From the NCBI GenBank assembly GCA_046483985.1, contig JAWOCD010000099.1:32001-96000 (forward strand): a stretch of DNA of 64,000 nucleotides, read 5' to 3'. Every line of letters starts with the position of its first letter. The first letter of the stretch is position 1. Below are positions 47,682 to 59,846 of this stretch, in pieces. Below the pieces are notes generated by a model that searched no databases, was not told the origin of the DNA, and saw only the letters and a program-made list of their open reading frames with translations. This DNA is from Promethearchaeia archaeon. Its GTDB lineage: Archaea > Asgardarchaeota > Lokiarchaeia > Sigyniarchaeales > SOKP01. A program made the translations under genes and the position numbers.

Positions 47682-48760
47682 ATAAGCGAGTAAAAAAAAA
47701 GAAAATGATATCGCAAGATCTTGAACCGCCTGTGTGGCGTTTAAAATATTTACCTGAAAGCTTGGATGAAATTTGTGGGAGAGAGGATCTTATCACTAGA
47801 TTAGAGGATATTATTAAGCGGAAAAATTTTCCTCATATGCTCTTTATCGGGTCTGAAGGAATTGGAAAAACGACTATCGCCCGGTTATTTGCAAAAGAGT
47901 TTCTCGGGAGATATTATGATGCAAACTTCAAGTTAGTATACGCGGATGAACCACTTACATCAGAAGAACGAAGAACAGCTCGCTCTGAATCGTATATTTC
48001 CACCAGCAGGATCGGATCCACTGCCGGAAAGAAGATGAGAATGCCGGCGTTTTTACAGATCAAAATTAAACCCTTTGTGGAACTGAAGGCGTTAGGGGGA
48101 GCAGATTTCAAGATTCTCATCGTCAAAAATTTCGAAACATTAGGATCCAATCAAGAGGGTTTTCGCAGATTAATGGAAACGTATGGGAATAATTGCCGCA
48201 TGATATTAATATCAACCAAAATTTCGGGAATAATTGACCCCATTTTGAGCCGCTGTCAGCTGATGTTAGTTCCGCAGCCAAGTTATAAATCTTTTGACCA
48301 GTTGATAAATAAAATTGCCGCAAAAGAATCGCTAAAAGTGGAGGAGGAGATAATTAAAACATTGTATCAAATAAGTGAAGGAAAGCTCGCAAAAGCAATA
48401 GACTTATTGCAACTATGCAGCTTGAGTGGGAATACCGTTACCTTGGACAAATTACAATCATATTTGAAGGAATACAGAAATAAAGAGATAAGAAAACTTC
48501 TTAAAATTTGTTTACAAGGAAACTTTAAGGACGCACGAGAACAACTCAGAGATATTATCTCAGAATATAAATATAACCCACATGAATTATTCAGTATGCT
48601 CTTAGACGAAGTAGATAAAAGTCCCATATCCAGGTTTGTCCAGACACAATTGATTGAAATGATCTCCAAGGCTGATTTCAAAGCAGTCGACGGCAACGAT
48701 GATGATATCCAGATGTCCGCCTTAATAGCAAACATATGTAAATTTTCAGAATATATATGA
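47678..48760 (+). CDS. Divergent second RFC small subunit (Walker B lost, SRC retained)
   Basis: W.LKY.P, GSEGIGKT, IVKNFE in place of DEAD, ILSRC; RFC C-terminal collar. Confidence 0.85.
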   Translation: MNKRVKKKKMISQDLEPPVWRLKYLPESLDEICGREDLITRLEDIIKRKNFPHMLFIGSEGIGKTTIARLFAKEFLGRYYDANFKLVYADEPLTSEERRTARSESYISTSRIGSTAGKKMRMPAFLQIKIKPFVELKALGGADFKILIVKNFETLGSNQEGFRRLMETYGNNCRMILISTKISGIIDPILSRCQLMLVPQPSYKSFDQLINKIAAKESLKVEEEIIKTLYQISEGKLAKAIDLLQLCSLSGNTVTLDKLQSYLKEYRNKEIRKLLKICLQGNFKDAREQLRDIISEYKYNPHELFSMLLDEVDKSPISRFVQTQLIEMISKADFKAVDGNDDDIQMSALIANICKFSEYI

Positions 48761-48773
48761 ATGGTGAGCAACA

Positions 48774-50144
48774 TTGTCAAAAAACGAAAAAATAAATAAG
48801 AAACCATGGGTAGAAAAATATCGCCCTAAAAGCATTAAAGAGATGGCATTACCAAAAGCAAAATACCAACGGCATACAGTCAGTCTGGCGGAAGAATTAC
48901 CTAAATTTATAGAGCAGTTTTTCAAGAAACGGAAAATTATCAATAAAAAGAACAAAAAGATCCGGGCTTTTAACAGAACTGCAGTAGAAAAGGAACAAAA
49001 AGAATTAAAAAGTATGGACCCCAAAGATGCTGCAATTCTCTTAGAAGGGAAACCTGGAATTGGGAAGACCTCTATCGTATATGCCTTGGCGAACGACTTA
49101 AACATGCAAGTGGTGGAGACGAATGCTTCCGATACCCGGACTCGAGATGCCTTAGAAAGTAAACTAAAGGAAACCACAAAATCTCGGGGGATTATGGATT
49201 TTATCACAGAATCAAAGCGAAAGTTGATTTTAATTGACGAGGTCGACGGAATTTATGGAAATAAAGACAGGGGTGCGGTGCCAACCATCATCGATTTAAT
49301 TGAAAATACGCAATATCCCATCATCATGTGCTCAAATGAATACCAATCAAATCTTCGATCACTCTACAAACGAGTCCGTAAATACGAAGTGCAGCCGCTC
49401 GCAAAAGACGAAGTTATGAAGATTATGAAGCGGATCTTAAAGAAAGAAAATATTGAAAGTCTGAGCCCTACTGAGTTACAGCAGATTGTCCAAAAAAATG
49501 AAGGAGATCTACGAGGCGTGATAAACGATCTTCAGGGTGTTGCTCAAGGAGCTTCAAAATCAACAGATACAAAAGAGTTAATCGGTAATTTGCGGAGGGA
49601 CTCAACGCAAGAAATATTTCAGTTAATCCGTGACCTTTTTCAAAAGGCATCCACCTTAATGGAAGCAAAACTTATAACCGATAAATCCGATGTGGACTAC
49701 AATTTCTTGTATAAATGGGTAAACGAGAACTTGCCCAGTTTTTTAAATGTGAACCATGACATTGCTTTGGGTTATAAATATTTATCCGATGCCGATCAAG
49801 TTTATGGACGGATCCGAAAAAATATGAATTGGTCGTTGTTGCCCTATTTCTATGATTTATTTGCTGGTGGGATGGTGGTTGCCCAAGAAAAAGGACGGCG
49901 GAGTAAAGGATTCCGGAAAATTTCATTTCCACGATATTCTTCATCTGCGTCTTATTCGCTGACAAATGCAGAAAAATCATTAGTAGAAAAAATTAATGAA
50001 CATTATGAGGTATCTGAATCCGAAGCCGTAAAAACACTTCTACCATTTTTACGCATTCTCTGTTCAAGGTCCAGAAGAACGCTTAAAATTGTAAGTGACT
50101 GGTTCGATCTCAACGCAAAAGAAAAGAGATTACTTAAGAAATAA
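48774..50144 (+). CDS. rfcL: Replication factor C large subunit
   Basis: PWVEKYRP, GKPGIGKT, ETNASD, DEVDG, GDLRGVIND, WVNEN, LSDAD. Confidence 0.92.
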   Translation: MSKNEKINKKPWVEKYRPKSIKEMALPKAKYQRHTVSLAEELPKFIEQFFKKRKIINKKNKKIRAFNRTAVEKEQKELKSMDPKDAAILLEGKPGIGKTSIVYALANDLNMQVVETNASDTRTRDALESKLKETTKSRGIMDFITESKRKLILIDEVDGIYGNKDRGAVPTIIDLIENTQYPIIMCSNEYQSNLRSLYKRVRKYEVQPLAKDEVMKIMKRILKKENIESLSPTELQQIVQKNEGDLRGVINDLQGVAQGASKSTDTKELIGNLRRDSTQEIFQLIRDLFQKASTLMEAKLITDKSDVDYNFLYKWVNENLPSFLNVNHDIALGYKYLSDADQVYGRIRKNMNWSLLPYFYDLFAGGMVVAQEKGRRSKGFRKISFPRYSSSASYSLTNAEKSLVEKINEHYEVSESEAVKTLLPFLRILCSRSRRTLKIVSDWFDLNAKEKRLLKK

Positions 50145-50383
50145 TTTTGATCTAACCTATTTTTGGGTAGGAACAAAGTTTAATTTTATTTCTTTATTTT
50201 GTTGATTCAGCTCAATTACATAAAAAATTATTATACCCATGAATTAGATCTATGATTCTTTTTTCAATGTTTATTTCCTAACTATATATCTGGGCTTGAA
50301 TCCCTTTCTTAAGATATTGGATTACTCATCATTTATAAAAAATAGATATCATTATCTAATATAATAAAATTAGAAATAAAAAA

Positions 50384-51016
50384 ATGAATATGAGTAAAGC
50401 GGCAAATAAAGAAGAAGAATCACAAAATATCGAAAAAGAATCAGGAATGTCCAAACGAACCCAAATTACATTGCAAATCTCGGGATCTGCAATTTTTGCA
50501 GCATTATCTATCACATTGGCTCCACTTACATCATTTATACCTCGATTTGGAGCGGGTATGGCCTATTTTGACCCTATATCCATTATTTGGATATCTGCAT
50601 TTTTAATCTTTGGTCCGTGGGCAGGAATTTTTTGTTCAATTATCGGGACTGTTCTTTTATTTCCTTTTGATCCCTTCGCACCCATCGGCCCCTTAATGAA
50701 ATTTGTGTCAACTGTAATACTTATCTTGGTCTATACCATCGGTTTACGATTATATAGGGAGGATGGAACAAGTAAAAAACTCAAAAAGATAAAGAATTTT
50801 TTAATTTGGGGAATAATAGCCACAATAGCAAGAGAAATTATTATGATATTATTGAATATTCCAGCCTATATTGCAATAACTGGAGGGACTCATGGGCTTG
50901 GATTCTGGCTCATTGGGATAGCAGTAACTAATCCTATTCAGAGTTTAGCTGATTTAGCTATTCCTTACCTCTTAGTATATACAACAAAACTCGACGAAAA
51001 GTTTGAGCTTTGGTAA
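50384..51016 (+). CDS. ECF transporter S-component-like membrane protein
   Basis: About 6 TMs; A...AL motif, FDP, FGP.AG, GPLMK. Confidence 0.7.
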   Translation: MNMSKAANKEEESQNIEKESGMSKRTQITLQISGSAIFAALSITLAPLTSFIPRFGAGMAYFDPISIIWISAFLIFGPWAGIFCSIIGTVLLFPFDPFAPIGPLMKFVSTVILILVYTIGLRLYREDGTSKKLKKIKNFLIWGIIATIAREIIMILLNIPAYIAITGGTHGLGFWLIGIAVTNPIQSLADLAIPYLLVYTTKLDEKFELW

Positions 51017-51110
51017 TTTTAATACTTTCAAAAAAAATTTTTTTAAATTTAGGAATGCCCAAAATTAGATGTCTTTGGTATTATCATAATTTTTATTTTT
51101 TAGATTTCAA

Positions 51111-52808
51111 TTAAATTAACATATGAAGCATTGAATTAATGCCCATCACATTCGAAACGGCGGCTCCGAAAAATAATTGAATGATGAGAAATGAACTTAA
51201 TATTACGGAACTAAATTGTTCTGTCTTAGTATAGATGATTGCATTTAAAATGACAACCGCCAGTGAGATTAAATGGGTAACTAATATGGCTTGGGTTATA
51301 AAAATATTCCATGAAAGTAGCATAAGAACTCCGTGATGGATTATGGATAAGTATGTCATTATCATCACTTTCCTTCTGCGTGACTTAACGAAATTTAATT
51401 TAGGAAAAATAATTTTTCTGTAGAATATCTCCATATTAAGATACAATGGGTAAACCGTATATGCAAGGATAAAACTGACGAAATCTGAAGGCCAGAAAAA
51501 TGCGAATGGATAACTAATCGCATTAATTGCATATACACCGATAAAAATTAAAGTAGAACAAAAAGAATAAGCTAAAAAATGCAATTCAAATTGTAACTCA
51601 ACTTTTTCAATCTGAAAATAACGCTGTCTTTCGGGTTTTGGCTTTTTAAGAAATTTAATGGCCTTGATAATTCCAAAGGCGATTAAAAGAAAGACCGGTG
51701 CCAAGATAAAGCCTAAAAGTTCGAAAATAGAGATAAAAATTTGATAGAAGGCCACAAAAAAAGCGAAGTATAAAAGGATGTTTACAATCCGTTTCTTTTT
51801 CTGTTTTTCTGAAAGTTCAACATATTCGACTCTTAAATTCTGTTCTTGAAAGGTGGGGTCAACTGCAAATAGCTTTGAGATGGAAGATACAACGGCAAGG
51901 ACAAAAAGGAAGCCCATAATATAAGTTAGGATTAAAAGGGAGTAATTAAACATATAAGAGAGATTTATAGGTCCCCTTAATGAACCATGGAAATAAGTTT
52001 CAAACCAAATAATCGTTTCTTTTACCGCTTTATCGGATGCTAATAAATGAGCCCCCCCTATTAATGGTTTCTTTATTTTAAGCGATTCGCAATCTGTTAA
52101 TTCTTTAGCAACGGGAATATGCTCCTCATAGGGTAATGTGGGGTCATTTTGATGATGAACGACAAACAAGTTTTTCGTATTGTTTTTATTTATCAAATTC
52201 TGTGGAAAATAATCGACAAAGGGATGATCTTTTGGTAAACTAAACATTTCAGGTTTTGGATTTATAAGTCCAGACCATAATACGGTAGCTTTAAAACGGC
52301 TATCTAATGCTTGATTCATTAAAGCCACCATTCCTCCTAATGAATACCCAATTAAACCCACTTGGGAAAAATTAATCTCCCCAATTTCCGATTCTACTAC
52401 CGTATCCAGTAATCTTGAGCAGTCTTGAGCCAATGCCGGCTTATCTCTTCCTGGAACTTGCTTGGTTAAGTATCCTTCGCTATCCCCATGACCTTGATAG
52501 TCAATTGAGGCAACAAAATATCCCCGTTTTGTGAGTTCCATGGGTGCACGGAGGTCTAAATCTCTTTGGCTTCCCAACCCATGAACAAAAATAATTAAAG
52601 GTCTTTTTTGGTCAATAAGAGGATAATCCGCTGGAAAGTAAAGATTTGCGTATAATTCAGAGCCAGCGGATTGAAATTCAATTTTTTTATATTCGTTATA
52701 ACTAAAGGAACGAAAGGTATAGAGGGCCGCTGTCGAAATTATAAATGCAATAAAAGCAACGATGAGAAAATTTTTTCTAAAGTTTTTTCGAAATTTTCTT
52801 AACATCAA
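51111..52808 (-). CDS. Membrane-anchored alpha/beta hydrolase with multi-TM C-terminal domain
   Basis: VHG, GHGDS, GYSLGG, D.TL, H; C-terminal TMs with degenerate E..YR; same architecture as 424-2598. Confidence 0.75.
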   Translation of the reverse strand: MMLRKFRKNFRKNFLIVAFIAFIISTAALYTFRSFSYNEYKKIEFQSAGSELYANLYFPADYPLIDQKRPLIIFVHGLGSQRDLDLRAPMELTKRGYFVASIDYQGHGDSEGYLTKQVPGRDKPALAQDCSRLLDTVVESEIGEINFSQVGLIGYSLGGMVALMNQALDSRFKATVLWSGLINPKPEMFSLPKDHPFVDYFPQNLINKNNTKNLFVVHHQNDPTLPYEEHIPVAKELTDCESLKIKKPLIGGAHLLASDKAVKETIIWFETYFHGSLRGPINLSYMFNYSLLILTYIMGFLFVLAVVSSISKLFAVDPTFQEQNLRVEYVELSEKQKKKRIVNILLYFAFFVAFYQIFISIFELLGFILAPVFLLIAFGIIKAIKFLKKPKPERQRYFQIEKVELQFELHFLAYSFCSTLIFIGVYAINAISYPFAFFWPSDFVSFILAYTVYPLYLNMEIFYRKIIFPKLNFVKSRRRKVMIMTYLSIIHHGVLMLLSWNIFITQAILVTHLISLAVVILNAIIYTKTEQFSSVILSSFLIIQLFFGAAVSNVMGINSMLHMLI

Positions 52809-52913
52809 AAATAAAAATTAACCTAACTTAAAAAATATAATTTTAGTGGTGGAGTGATCAAAAGAAATAAGAACTCAAAAAGGAATATTTATCTTTTTGG
52901 TCAAGTTCAATCT

Positions 52914-53801
52914 TCAGCTTGGTATGTTTAACTTTTTAGTTAAGTTTTTGTAACGGGACCGGAGCGTTACTTCAGTTACACCCACTAAATCAGATATTTT
53001 CTTTTGAGTTATGTGGATATCTAATATTTTACAAGCAATATAAAGTGCTCCAGCAACAAATCCTTTCGGATCCTTTCCGCTCGTTCGGAATCGGGAAAAA
53101 TATTTTTGAATGATCTCCCTTGCAATTTTTTCGGCTTCTGTTCCTAACCCTAGTTCAGATACATACCTCGGAATTAAAAAGCTGGGATTTGTTGTAGGAA
53201 CATGTAATTTTAGTTCTTTAATAATAATACTATAGCACTTTCTAACATTTCTCGGGCTTTCTGAGGATTCCTCGATAACTTCTTGGAAGGTTCGCGGGAT
53301 TTTTTTCTTTCTAATTGCATAGTAGAGTGAAGCAGCAACCATTCCATTAATGGATCTTCCGCGAAGTAATTTATTTTTAAAGGCTTGTCTGTAAATTCTC
53401 ATCGCTTCTTGCTTCACGTGAGGAGGTAAATTCAAGTTTGTGGCAATTCGTTTGAGTTCTGTAGTGGCAATTAACATATTCCGTTTATCCCATGTCATAC
53501 GGGAATTCCACTTCGTCGCTCGCTTCAAATCAGGATTTTTGATTTTACTGCGATTGATCGTTGTAGTAAAAGCCATATCGGGCAATAAGTTCGAGATCGG
53601 TGAACCAGTTCTTTTCCTCTTCTTTTTCTCTTCTTTACTGTAAGATCTTCTCCCAGAATGCGCATAATCAATAGCTCGCTCGGAAAAGACTAACCCACAT
53701 TGACCGCAGACAACTTCTCCTGTCTCTTCTATGGATATCAAAGACCCACCACATTCGGGACACCTTCTTATGTCTTGTTTTTTATTTGCAGTCTTTTCCA
53801 T
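52914..53801 (-). CDS. tfb: Transcription initiation factor IIB paralog
   Basis: CPECG...CGQCG Zn ribbon; LRGRSI; GKDP.G; VTEVTLR.RY. Confidence 0.92.
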   Translation of the reverse strand: MEKTANKKQDIRRCPECGGSLISIEETGEVVCGQCGLVFSERAIDYAHSGRRSYSKEEKKKRKRTGSPISNLLPDMAFTTTINRSKIKNPDLKRATKWNSRMTWDKRNMLIATTELKRIATNLNLPPHVKQEAMRIYRQAFKNKLLRGRSINGMVAASLYYAIRKKKIPRTFQEVIEESSESPRNVRKCYSIIIKELKLHVPTTNPSFLIPRYVSELGLGTEAEKIAREIIQKYFSRFRTSGKDPKGFVAGALYIACKILDIHITQKKISDLVGVTEVTLRSRYKNLTKKLNIPS

Positions 53802-53876
53802 ACTCTACACCTCCTTTTATAAATAAATCTTTATTAAATAATAAAGTTAAGAGTTAGAAATTATAAATTAAAAAAA

Positions 53877-56489
53877 TTAATTACTTATATGTCCTATTTT
53901 TTCAAACGTTAATTCAGTAGAATTTGATTCCACTCTAATCAAATCTTCCTCAGTAAATTTACCCTCCAACAATTTTAAAGATAACGGATCTTGTATGTAT
54001 TTTTGAATTGCTCGTTTTAATGGTCTTGCGCCATAATCGGGATCAAATCCTTTTTCCGCTAAAAATGCTTTTGCTCCTTCGGAAAGTTCCACCTTGATGT
54101 GTTTATCAGCAAGAATTTTATTCAATTCTCGTATTTGAATGTCTACGATATCCTTGATTTGCTCCTTTTCTAAGAAGTTGTAGATAATTATATCATCCAC
54201 TCGATTCAAAAATTCTGGTTTAAAATGATGTCGTAGGGTCTTCATAATTCGTTCCTTGTCAATTTCTTTATTTTCATCTCTTGCCTCTAAGATGTATTGA
54301 CTTCCTATATTGCTAGTCATAATTAAAATAGTGTTCTTAAAATCCACTGTTCGTCCATGGCCATCTGTCAATCGTCCATCATCCATAATTTGTAATAAGA
54401 TGTTAAACACTTCCGGATGTGCTTTTTCAATTTCATCAAGTAAGATAACTGAGTAAGGTCTTCGCCTCACCGCCTCAGTCAAATATCCTCCTTGCTCATA
54501 ACCGACATAACCAGGTGGCGATCCGATCAATCTTGCAACGCTATGTTTCTCCATAAATTCCGACATGTCTAATCTTACCATTGCCTCTTCATCATCAAAC
54601 AGAAATTCTGCTAGTGCTTTTGCGGTTTCCGTTTTTCCCACTCCCGTGGGTCCCATAAAAATAAAGGTTCCTATAGGTCTATTCGGGTCTTGTATTCCCG
54701 TCCGCCCTCTTCTAATTGCATTTGAAATGATATTTAATGCTTTATCTTGACCAATTACTCTTCTTTTTAGTCTTTCTTCCATATGAAGGAGTTTCTCTCG
54801 CTCTCCCTCCATCATTCTCGATATGGGAATTCCAGTCCATTGTGAAACGATTTGTGCAATATCTTCCTCATCTACTTCTTGTTTCAACATCGGATGATCA
54901 TTTTGTAATTCTTCTAATTCTTCTTGGTTTTGTTTCAACTCTTTCTTCAGTTCGTTCATTTTTCCATAAGTGAGTTCTGCAGCCTTATCTAGCTCTCCCC
55001 GTTTTTCCGCTTTCTCGGCCTCAATCTTGGTTTTTTCCATTTCTTCCTTTATTCTTCGAATATTTTTGATCTTTTCCTTCTCATTTTTCCATTGAAGCTT
55101 CATTTTGCTAATTTCTTCTCGCAAGTTATGCAATTCTTCATCGATGTTTTCTAATTTTTCCTTCACCGCCTCATCGTGTTCTGCTTCTTTCTTTAATGCT
55201 TCCCGCTGAATCTCTAATTGAATAATTTCTCGCTCAATTTCATCTATTTCTGTTGGCATACTATCAATTTCAATTCTCAACCGCGATGCGGCCTCATCCA
55301 TTAAGTCAATCGCTTTATCGGGCAAAAATCTGTCCGATATATAACGATTTGAAAGAGTTACTGCGGCAATAATCGCGGAATCTGTAATACGAACTCCGTG
55401 ATGGACTTCATATTTTTCTTTGATTCCTCGGAGAATCGCCACTGAATCTTCAACAGAAGGTTCTGCAGTAAATACAGTCTGAAACCGCCGAGTAAGAGCT
55501 GCATCCTTTTCAATATGCTCTCGATATTCATCTAATGTAGTAGCGCCAATACACTTCAATTCTCCTCGAGCTAATGCTGGTTTCAACATATTTGATGCAT
55601 CAATTGCTCCTTCTGCAGCTCCAGCACCCACTAAGGTATGAAGTTCATCAATGAAGAGTATATATTTCCCCGCACCTTTTTTAATTTCTTTTAATAAGGC
55701 TTTCAGTCGGTCTTCAAATTCACCGCGATATTTTGCTCCCGCAATTAAGGATCCCAAATCAAGAGTCAATAATTCCTTATCTTTTAGAGATTCTGGTACA
55801 TCATCATCTGCAATTCTCTGGGCTAATCCTTCTACAATCGCAGTTTTTCCCACTCCTGCTTCTCCGATCAGGACGGGGTTATTTTTTGTCCGTCGGGATA
55901 ATATATGCATTAACCGCCTGATCTCATCATCTCGTCCAATAATGGGATCGAGCTTGCCACGACGGGCTAAGTCGGTCATATTGATACAATATTTTTGAAT
56001 TGTCCGATATCTGCCCTCTGCATTCTTATCTGTTACAGTCTGTGTTCCTCTCACACTTTTTAATGCTTTGAGCAGTCTATCCTTCGAAATGCCGTATTTT
56101 TTTAATAATTCATGTAAACGTAATGAATCTTCTTCTGCCATTGCAATTATAAGATGCTCAGAGCTCAGAAATTCATCATTTAATGACTCTGCCTCTTCCC
56201 ACGCTTTGTCGAAAACTTGCTTACTGTTACGGGAGATCCTCACATCGGTAGCGCCAGGACCCGTCACTTGCGGTAATCTGTCTAACTCTCGATGTAAGTC
56301 TGAAAGCAACCGTTCTACTTGGATTCCCAGTTTTTGAAATAAGGGACGGGCAATCCCATCTTCTTGCTCTAATAGTGCTAATAAAAGATGAACTGGTTCG
56401 ATTGATTGATGATCGTTTGTTTGGGCAATTGAACGGGCTGATACAATCGCTTCTTGCACTTTGATAGTAAATTTATCATATTTCATCAT
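53877..56489 (-). CDS. clpB: ClpB disaggregase
   Basis: Clp-N repeats; two AAA+ modules ([16 protein letters not shown]); coiled-coil M domain; GYVG; GARPL. Confidence 0.95.
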   Translation of the reverse strand: MMKYDKFTIKVQEAIVSARSIAQTNDHQSIEPVHLLLALLEQEDGIARPLFQKLGIQVERLLSDLHRELDRLPQVTGPGATDVRISRNSKQVFDKAWEEAESLNDEFLSSEHLIIAMAEEDSLRLHELLKKYGISKDRLLKALKSVRGTQTVTDKNAEGRYRTIQKYCINMTDLARRGKLDPIIGRDDEIRRLMHILSRRTKNNPVLIGEAGVGKTAIVEGLAQRIADDDVPESLKDKELLTLDLGSLIAGAKYRGEFEDRLKALLKEIKKGAGKYILFIDELHTLVGAGAAEGAIDASNMLKPALARGELKCIGATTLDEYREHIEKDAALTRRFQTVFTAEPSVEDSVAILRGIKEKYEVHHGVRITDSAIIAAVTLSNRYISDRFLPDKAIDLMDEAASRLRIEIDSMPTEIDEIEREIIQLEIQREALKKEAEHDEAVKEKLENIDEELHNLREEISKMKLQWKNEKEKIKNIRRIKEEMEKTKIEAEKAEKRGELDKAAELTYGKMNELKKELKQNQEELEELQNDHPMLKQEVDEEDIAQIVSQWTGIPISRMMEGEREKLLHMEERLKRRVIGQDKALNIISNAIRRGRTGIQDPNRPIGTFIFMGPTGVGKTETAKALAEFLFDDEEAMVRLDMSEFMEKHSVARLIGSPPGYVGYEQGGYLTEAVRRRPYSVILLDEIEKAHPEVFNILLQIMDDGRLTDGHGRTVDFKNTILIMTSNIGSQYILEARDENKEIDKERIMKTLRHHFKPEFLNRVDDIIIYNFLEKEQIKDIVDIQIRELNKILADKHIKVELSEGAKAFLAEKGFDPDYGARPLKRAIQKYIQDPLSLKLLEGKFTEEDLIRVESNSTELTFEKIGHISN

Positions 56490-56507
56490 TTTTTTAATCT
56501 CCCCTCA

Positions 56508-57572
56508 TTATAATCCGGTTTGTTTTAATTTTTCTAATAGGCGTTTTTGCTTTGAATTGACCTTTTGCGGAACTTTAATTTTGATCTTTACCAATTCATT
56601 GCCGCGTTGCTCGGTGCCCACCTTGTAAAAACCTTGATCTTTCAAGCGTAGAACTGTGGAATCCTTAGTTCCAGGAGGGACAGAAACAGTTAAATCTTTC
56701 TCTATCCCTGGGACACGGATTTTCCCCCCTAATGCTGCGGTCGTAAAGGGTATTTCCTTTTCCACGCGGATATCATCTCCGTCGCGTTCAAAGGTCGGGT
56801 GGTCACGGATATGTACGGCAATATAAAGGTCCCCGGCTTTTCCGCCATGTTCCCCAGGCATTCCTTTTCCTTTTAATCGTAATTTTTGGCCATCTTTAAT
56901 TCCTTTGGGAATTTTGACTTTTAATTGTTCTTGTTCACCTGACATGGGATTTCGGTATGAAATCCTTCGCTCTCCGCCATAGAAGGCATCCATAAATCCG
57001 ATCTCCATATCGTATCTGAGGTCATCACCTTCGCGAGGGTTTTTTCTCCGACGCCCTCCCGTTGATCGGGCCCTTGTACTTCCTCTTCCTCCTTTTGAGA
57101 AGACATCGAATATATCGCCTAAGTCATTAAAGAAATCGAAACCTCCAAATCCAGAAGACCCACTTCTTCCTCCTCTACTTTTTCCTTTCGAACCACCAAA
57201 TATATCGCTGAAATCAACCCCACCCTTACCAGATCCGCCAGTAGAGGTATAATATACGGTACCATCCGGTCCTCGATAAACTCTTCCACCACCAGGTGCC
57301 CCTCCGGGGCCTGCCCCTCCAGGGCCTGCCCCTCCAAAATTAGGCGCTTCTCCTCCCGTGACTCCAAATTTATCATACATTTTTCTTTTCTTCTCATCGC
57401 TTAATACCCGATACGCTTCATTAATCTTCTTAAACCGTTCACCAGAGCGTGGCTCATCGGGATTTACATCAGGATGGTATTTTCTTGCCTTCTTTCGAAA
57501 AGCTCGTTTTATGTCATCTTGCGTGGCGTTCTCATCAACGCCTAATATTTTGTAATAATCTTTTTTCGGCAT
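56508..57572 (-). CDS. dnaJ: Class B J-domain protein (DnaJ/CbpA-like, no Zn finger)
   Basis: HPD J domain, long G/F region, DnaJ_C; no CxxCxGxG repeats. Confidence 0.9.
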   Translation of the reverse strand: MPKKDYYKILGVDENATQDDIKRAFRKKARKYHPDVNPDEPRSGERFKKINEAYRVLSDEKKRKMYDKFGVTGGEAPNFGGAGPGGAGPGGAPGGGRVYRGPDGTVYYTSTGGSGKGGVDFSDIFGGSKGKSRGGRSGSSGFGGFDFFNDLGDIFDVFSKGGRGSTRARSTGGRRRKNPREGDDLRYDMEIGFMDAFYGGERRISYRNPMSGEQEQLKVKIPKGIKDGQKLRLKGKGMPGEHGGKAGDLYIAVHIRDHPTFERDGDDIRVEKEIPFTTAALGGKIRVPGIEKDLTVSVPPGTKDSTVLRLKDQGFYKVGTEQRGNELVKIKIKVPQKVNSKQKRLLEKLKQTGL

Positions 57573-57780
57573 TATTCTCTCCTTCCTTTTTTATATTCTT
57601 CTATACTTATATACTTCCTTTTTTTCTTAGTTAAATGTAAACGGTAAAATGGAAAATTAATTCCTATGAAATGATACATAATTCCTAAATGGTACATAAA
57701 TGTTCATATATGATAATGAAATAAAAAATAAAAAAAAATTTGGTTGTCCTATATTTTTAGGAATTCTAACTTCTATTTGC

Positions 57781-59727
57781 CTATTCTTCGTAATCAGCGT
57801 CTATGACTTCATCTTGTCCCGTGGCACGACGGAAATGCTCTTCTTCCATCTCATCTTGCGTTTTGGCGCGTTTTCCTTGTGCCCCACTGGTACCTTGTCG
57901 TCCTGCAGCTGCATCGCCCCTTCCCCCAGGTCTTGCTGCACCATATGCTCCTTGTGGTCCAGCTTGTGGTCCAGCTTGTGGTCCTTGTTGACCATACATT
58001 TTGCTAGACACTTTATGAAGGGCGTTTTGTAACTCATCCATCGCATTTTGAATCCTTGTAGTATCATCAGTTTCAAGCGCATCTTTGACTTCCTTGATTT
58101 TCCCTTCAATTTCGCTCTTAATGTCTCCAACTATATCTTCGTTTTCTCTCAGAATCTTCTCGGCTTGATACATGATCGATTCAGCTGAGTTTTTCAATTT
58201 TGTCAGTTCTTTGAACTTCTTGTCTTTTTCCGCATGACGCTCTGCTTCACGGATCTTTTCTTCGATCTCTTCATCAGACATCTTCGTGGACGCGGTAATT
58301 GTAATCGACTGCTCATTGCCAGTTGCTTTATCTCGTGCTGAAACATTCAATATCCCATCGGCGTCAATATCAAAGGTAACTTCAATTTGCGGAACTCCGC
58401 GCGGTGCAGGTGGAATTCCAGTCAAGTGGAACTTCCCTAAACTGATATTGTCCTTTGCTTTCGGCCGTTCTCCTTGTAGTACATGAATCTCTACTGCAGT
58501 TTGATTATCAGCTGCAGTTGAAAAAGTCTCCTTTGCGCTTGTCGGAATTGTCGTATTACGATCGATTAGTTTGGTAAACACTCCGCCTAAGGTTTCGACA
58601 CCTAAGGACAATGGCGTAACGTCCAACAGAAGCAAGTCGTCAACTTCACCAGTTAAGACACCTCCTTGGATTGCTGCTCCTCGAGCAACACACTCCATTG
58701 GATCAATGCCACGTTCCGGTTTCGTGCCTAGGAATCGCTCAAATTTCTCCTTGACCGAAGGCATTCTCGTTGGTCCACCGACCAAGATTACCTTGTCCAC
58801 GTCTCCTTTCGACATCTCGGCGTCGTCAAGGGCCTTTTTAATCGGGTGATCTAACCGTTTTAACACGGGCTGAATTAATTGTTCTAATTTTGCTCTTGTA
58901 ATGGTCATTTCCAAGTGTACAGGGTCACCGTCTTTCTGACTTATATATGGTAAGTTAATGTCTGTACTAAGGGTATTCGATAATTCAATCTTTGCCTTTT
59001 CCGCGGCCTCCGTCAATCGTTGCATCGCTTTTTTGTCATCAGTTAAATCTACTCCTTCTTTCTTTTTGAATTCGTCAACAATGTAATTTACCAGTTTTTC
59101 GTCCATATCCCGTCCACCGAGTTGGGTGTCTCCAGCGGTCGAAATAACTTCAAAGACTCGCTCTTCCATTTCCATGATGGTAACATCAAATGTTCCTCCA
59201 CCCAAGTCAAGAACTGCGATGGTCATTTTTTCATCTTCCTTATCCAGACCATAAGCAACTGCGGCGGCTGTCGGTTCGTTAATGAGTCGGCGTACGTTCA
59301 ATCCAGCAATTTTACCAGCATCCTTTGTTGCTTGGCGCTGATTATCATTAAAATATGCGGGTACTGTAATGATGGCATCCGTCACTTCTTCGCCCAAGTA
59401 ATCGCTGGCGTCTCGTTTAATTTTCCTGAGAATCATCGCTGAGATTTCTTGCGGAGTATATTCTTTCCCTTCAATTTCTACCTTGTATGAAGTACCCATC
59501 TTTCTTTTAATTCCCGTGATTGTACGCTCTGGGTTCGAAATTGCTTGGCGTCGTGCAGGTTCTCCGACTAATCTCTTTCCATCCTCTGTAAATGCAACAA
59601 CAGATGGAAATGCTTTTCCGTAGAGGGTTACACCTTCTGCACTCGGAATAATCTCTGTGCTTCCACCACTTAATACAGCGGCGGCCGAGTTAGAAGTTCC
59701 TAAGTCAATACCTATTATTTTTCCCAT
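57781..59727 (-). CDS. dnaK: Hsp70 chaperone DnaK
   Basis: [33 protein letters not shown]. Confidence 0.97.
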   Translation of the reverse strand: MGKIIGIDLGTSNSAAAVLSGGSTEIIPSAEGVTLYGKAFPSVVAFTEDGKRLVGEPARRQAISNPERTITGIKRKMGTSYKVEIEGKEYTPQEISAMILRKIKRDASDYLGEEVTDAIITVPAYFNDNQRQATKDAGKIAGLNVRRLINEPTAAAVAYGLDKEDEKMTIAVLDLGGGTFDVTIMEMEERVFEVISTAGDTQLGGRDMDEKLVNYIVDEFKKKEGVDLTDDKKAMQRLTEAAEKAKIELSNTLSTDINLPYISQKDGDPVHLEMTITRAKLEQLIQPVLKRLDHPIKKALDDAEMSKGDVDKVILVGGPTRMPSVKEKFERFLGTKPERGIDPMECVARGAAIQGGVLTGEVDDLLLLDVTPLSLGVETLGGVFTKLIDRNTTIPTSAKETFSTAADNQTAVEIHVLQGERPKAKDNISLGKFHLTGIPPAPRGVPQIEVTFDIDADGILNVSARDKATGNEQSITITASTKMSDEEIEEKIREAERHAEKDKKFKELTKLKNSAESIMYQAEKILRENEDIVGDIKSEIEGKIKEVKDALETDDTTRIQNAMDELQNALHKVSSKMYGQQGPQAGPQAGPQGAYGAARPGGRGDAAAGRQGTSGAQGKRAKTQDEMEEEHFRRATGQDEVIDADYEE

Positions 59728-59846
59728 AGATTTTTCACTTCCTTTTGTTATATTTTTTCTTTTTATTCTAATTTTTATTTGATTTTTTTAGATTATTTTG
59801 TTAATCTTGATTGTTTATTTGAGTTTGCTTCAAATCTGCTCGAGAT

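Noticed and set aside
57951-57984. 12-bp tandem repeat (CTTGTGGTCCAG)
   Set aside because: Encodes the GPQA low-complexity DnaK tail; not CRISPR or regulatory.
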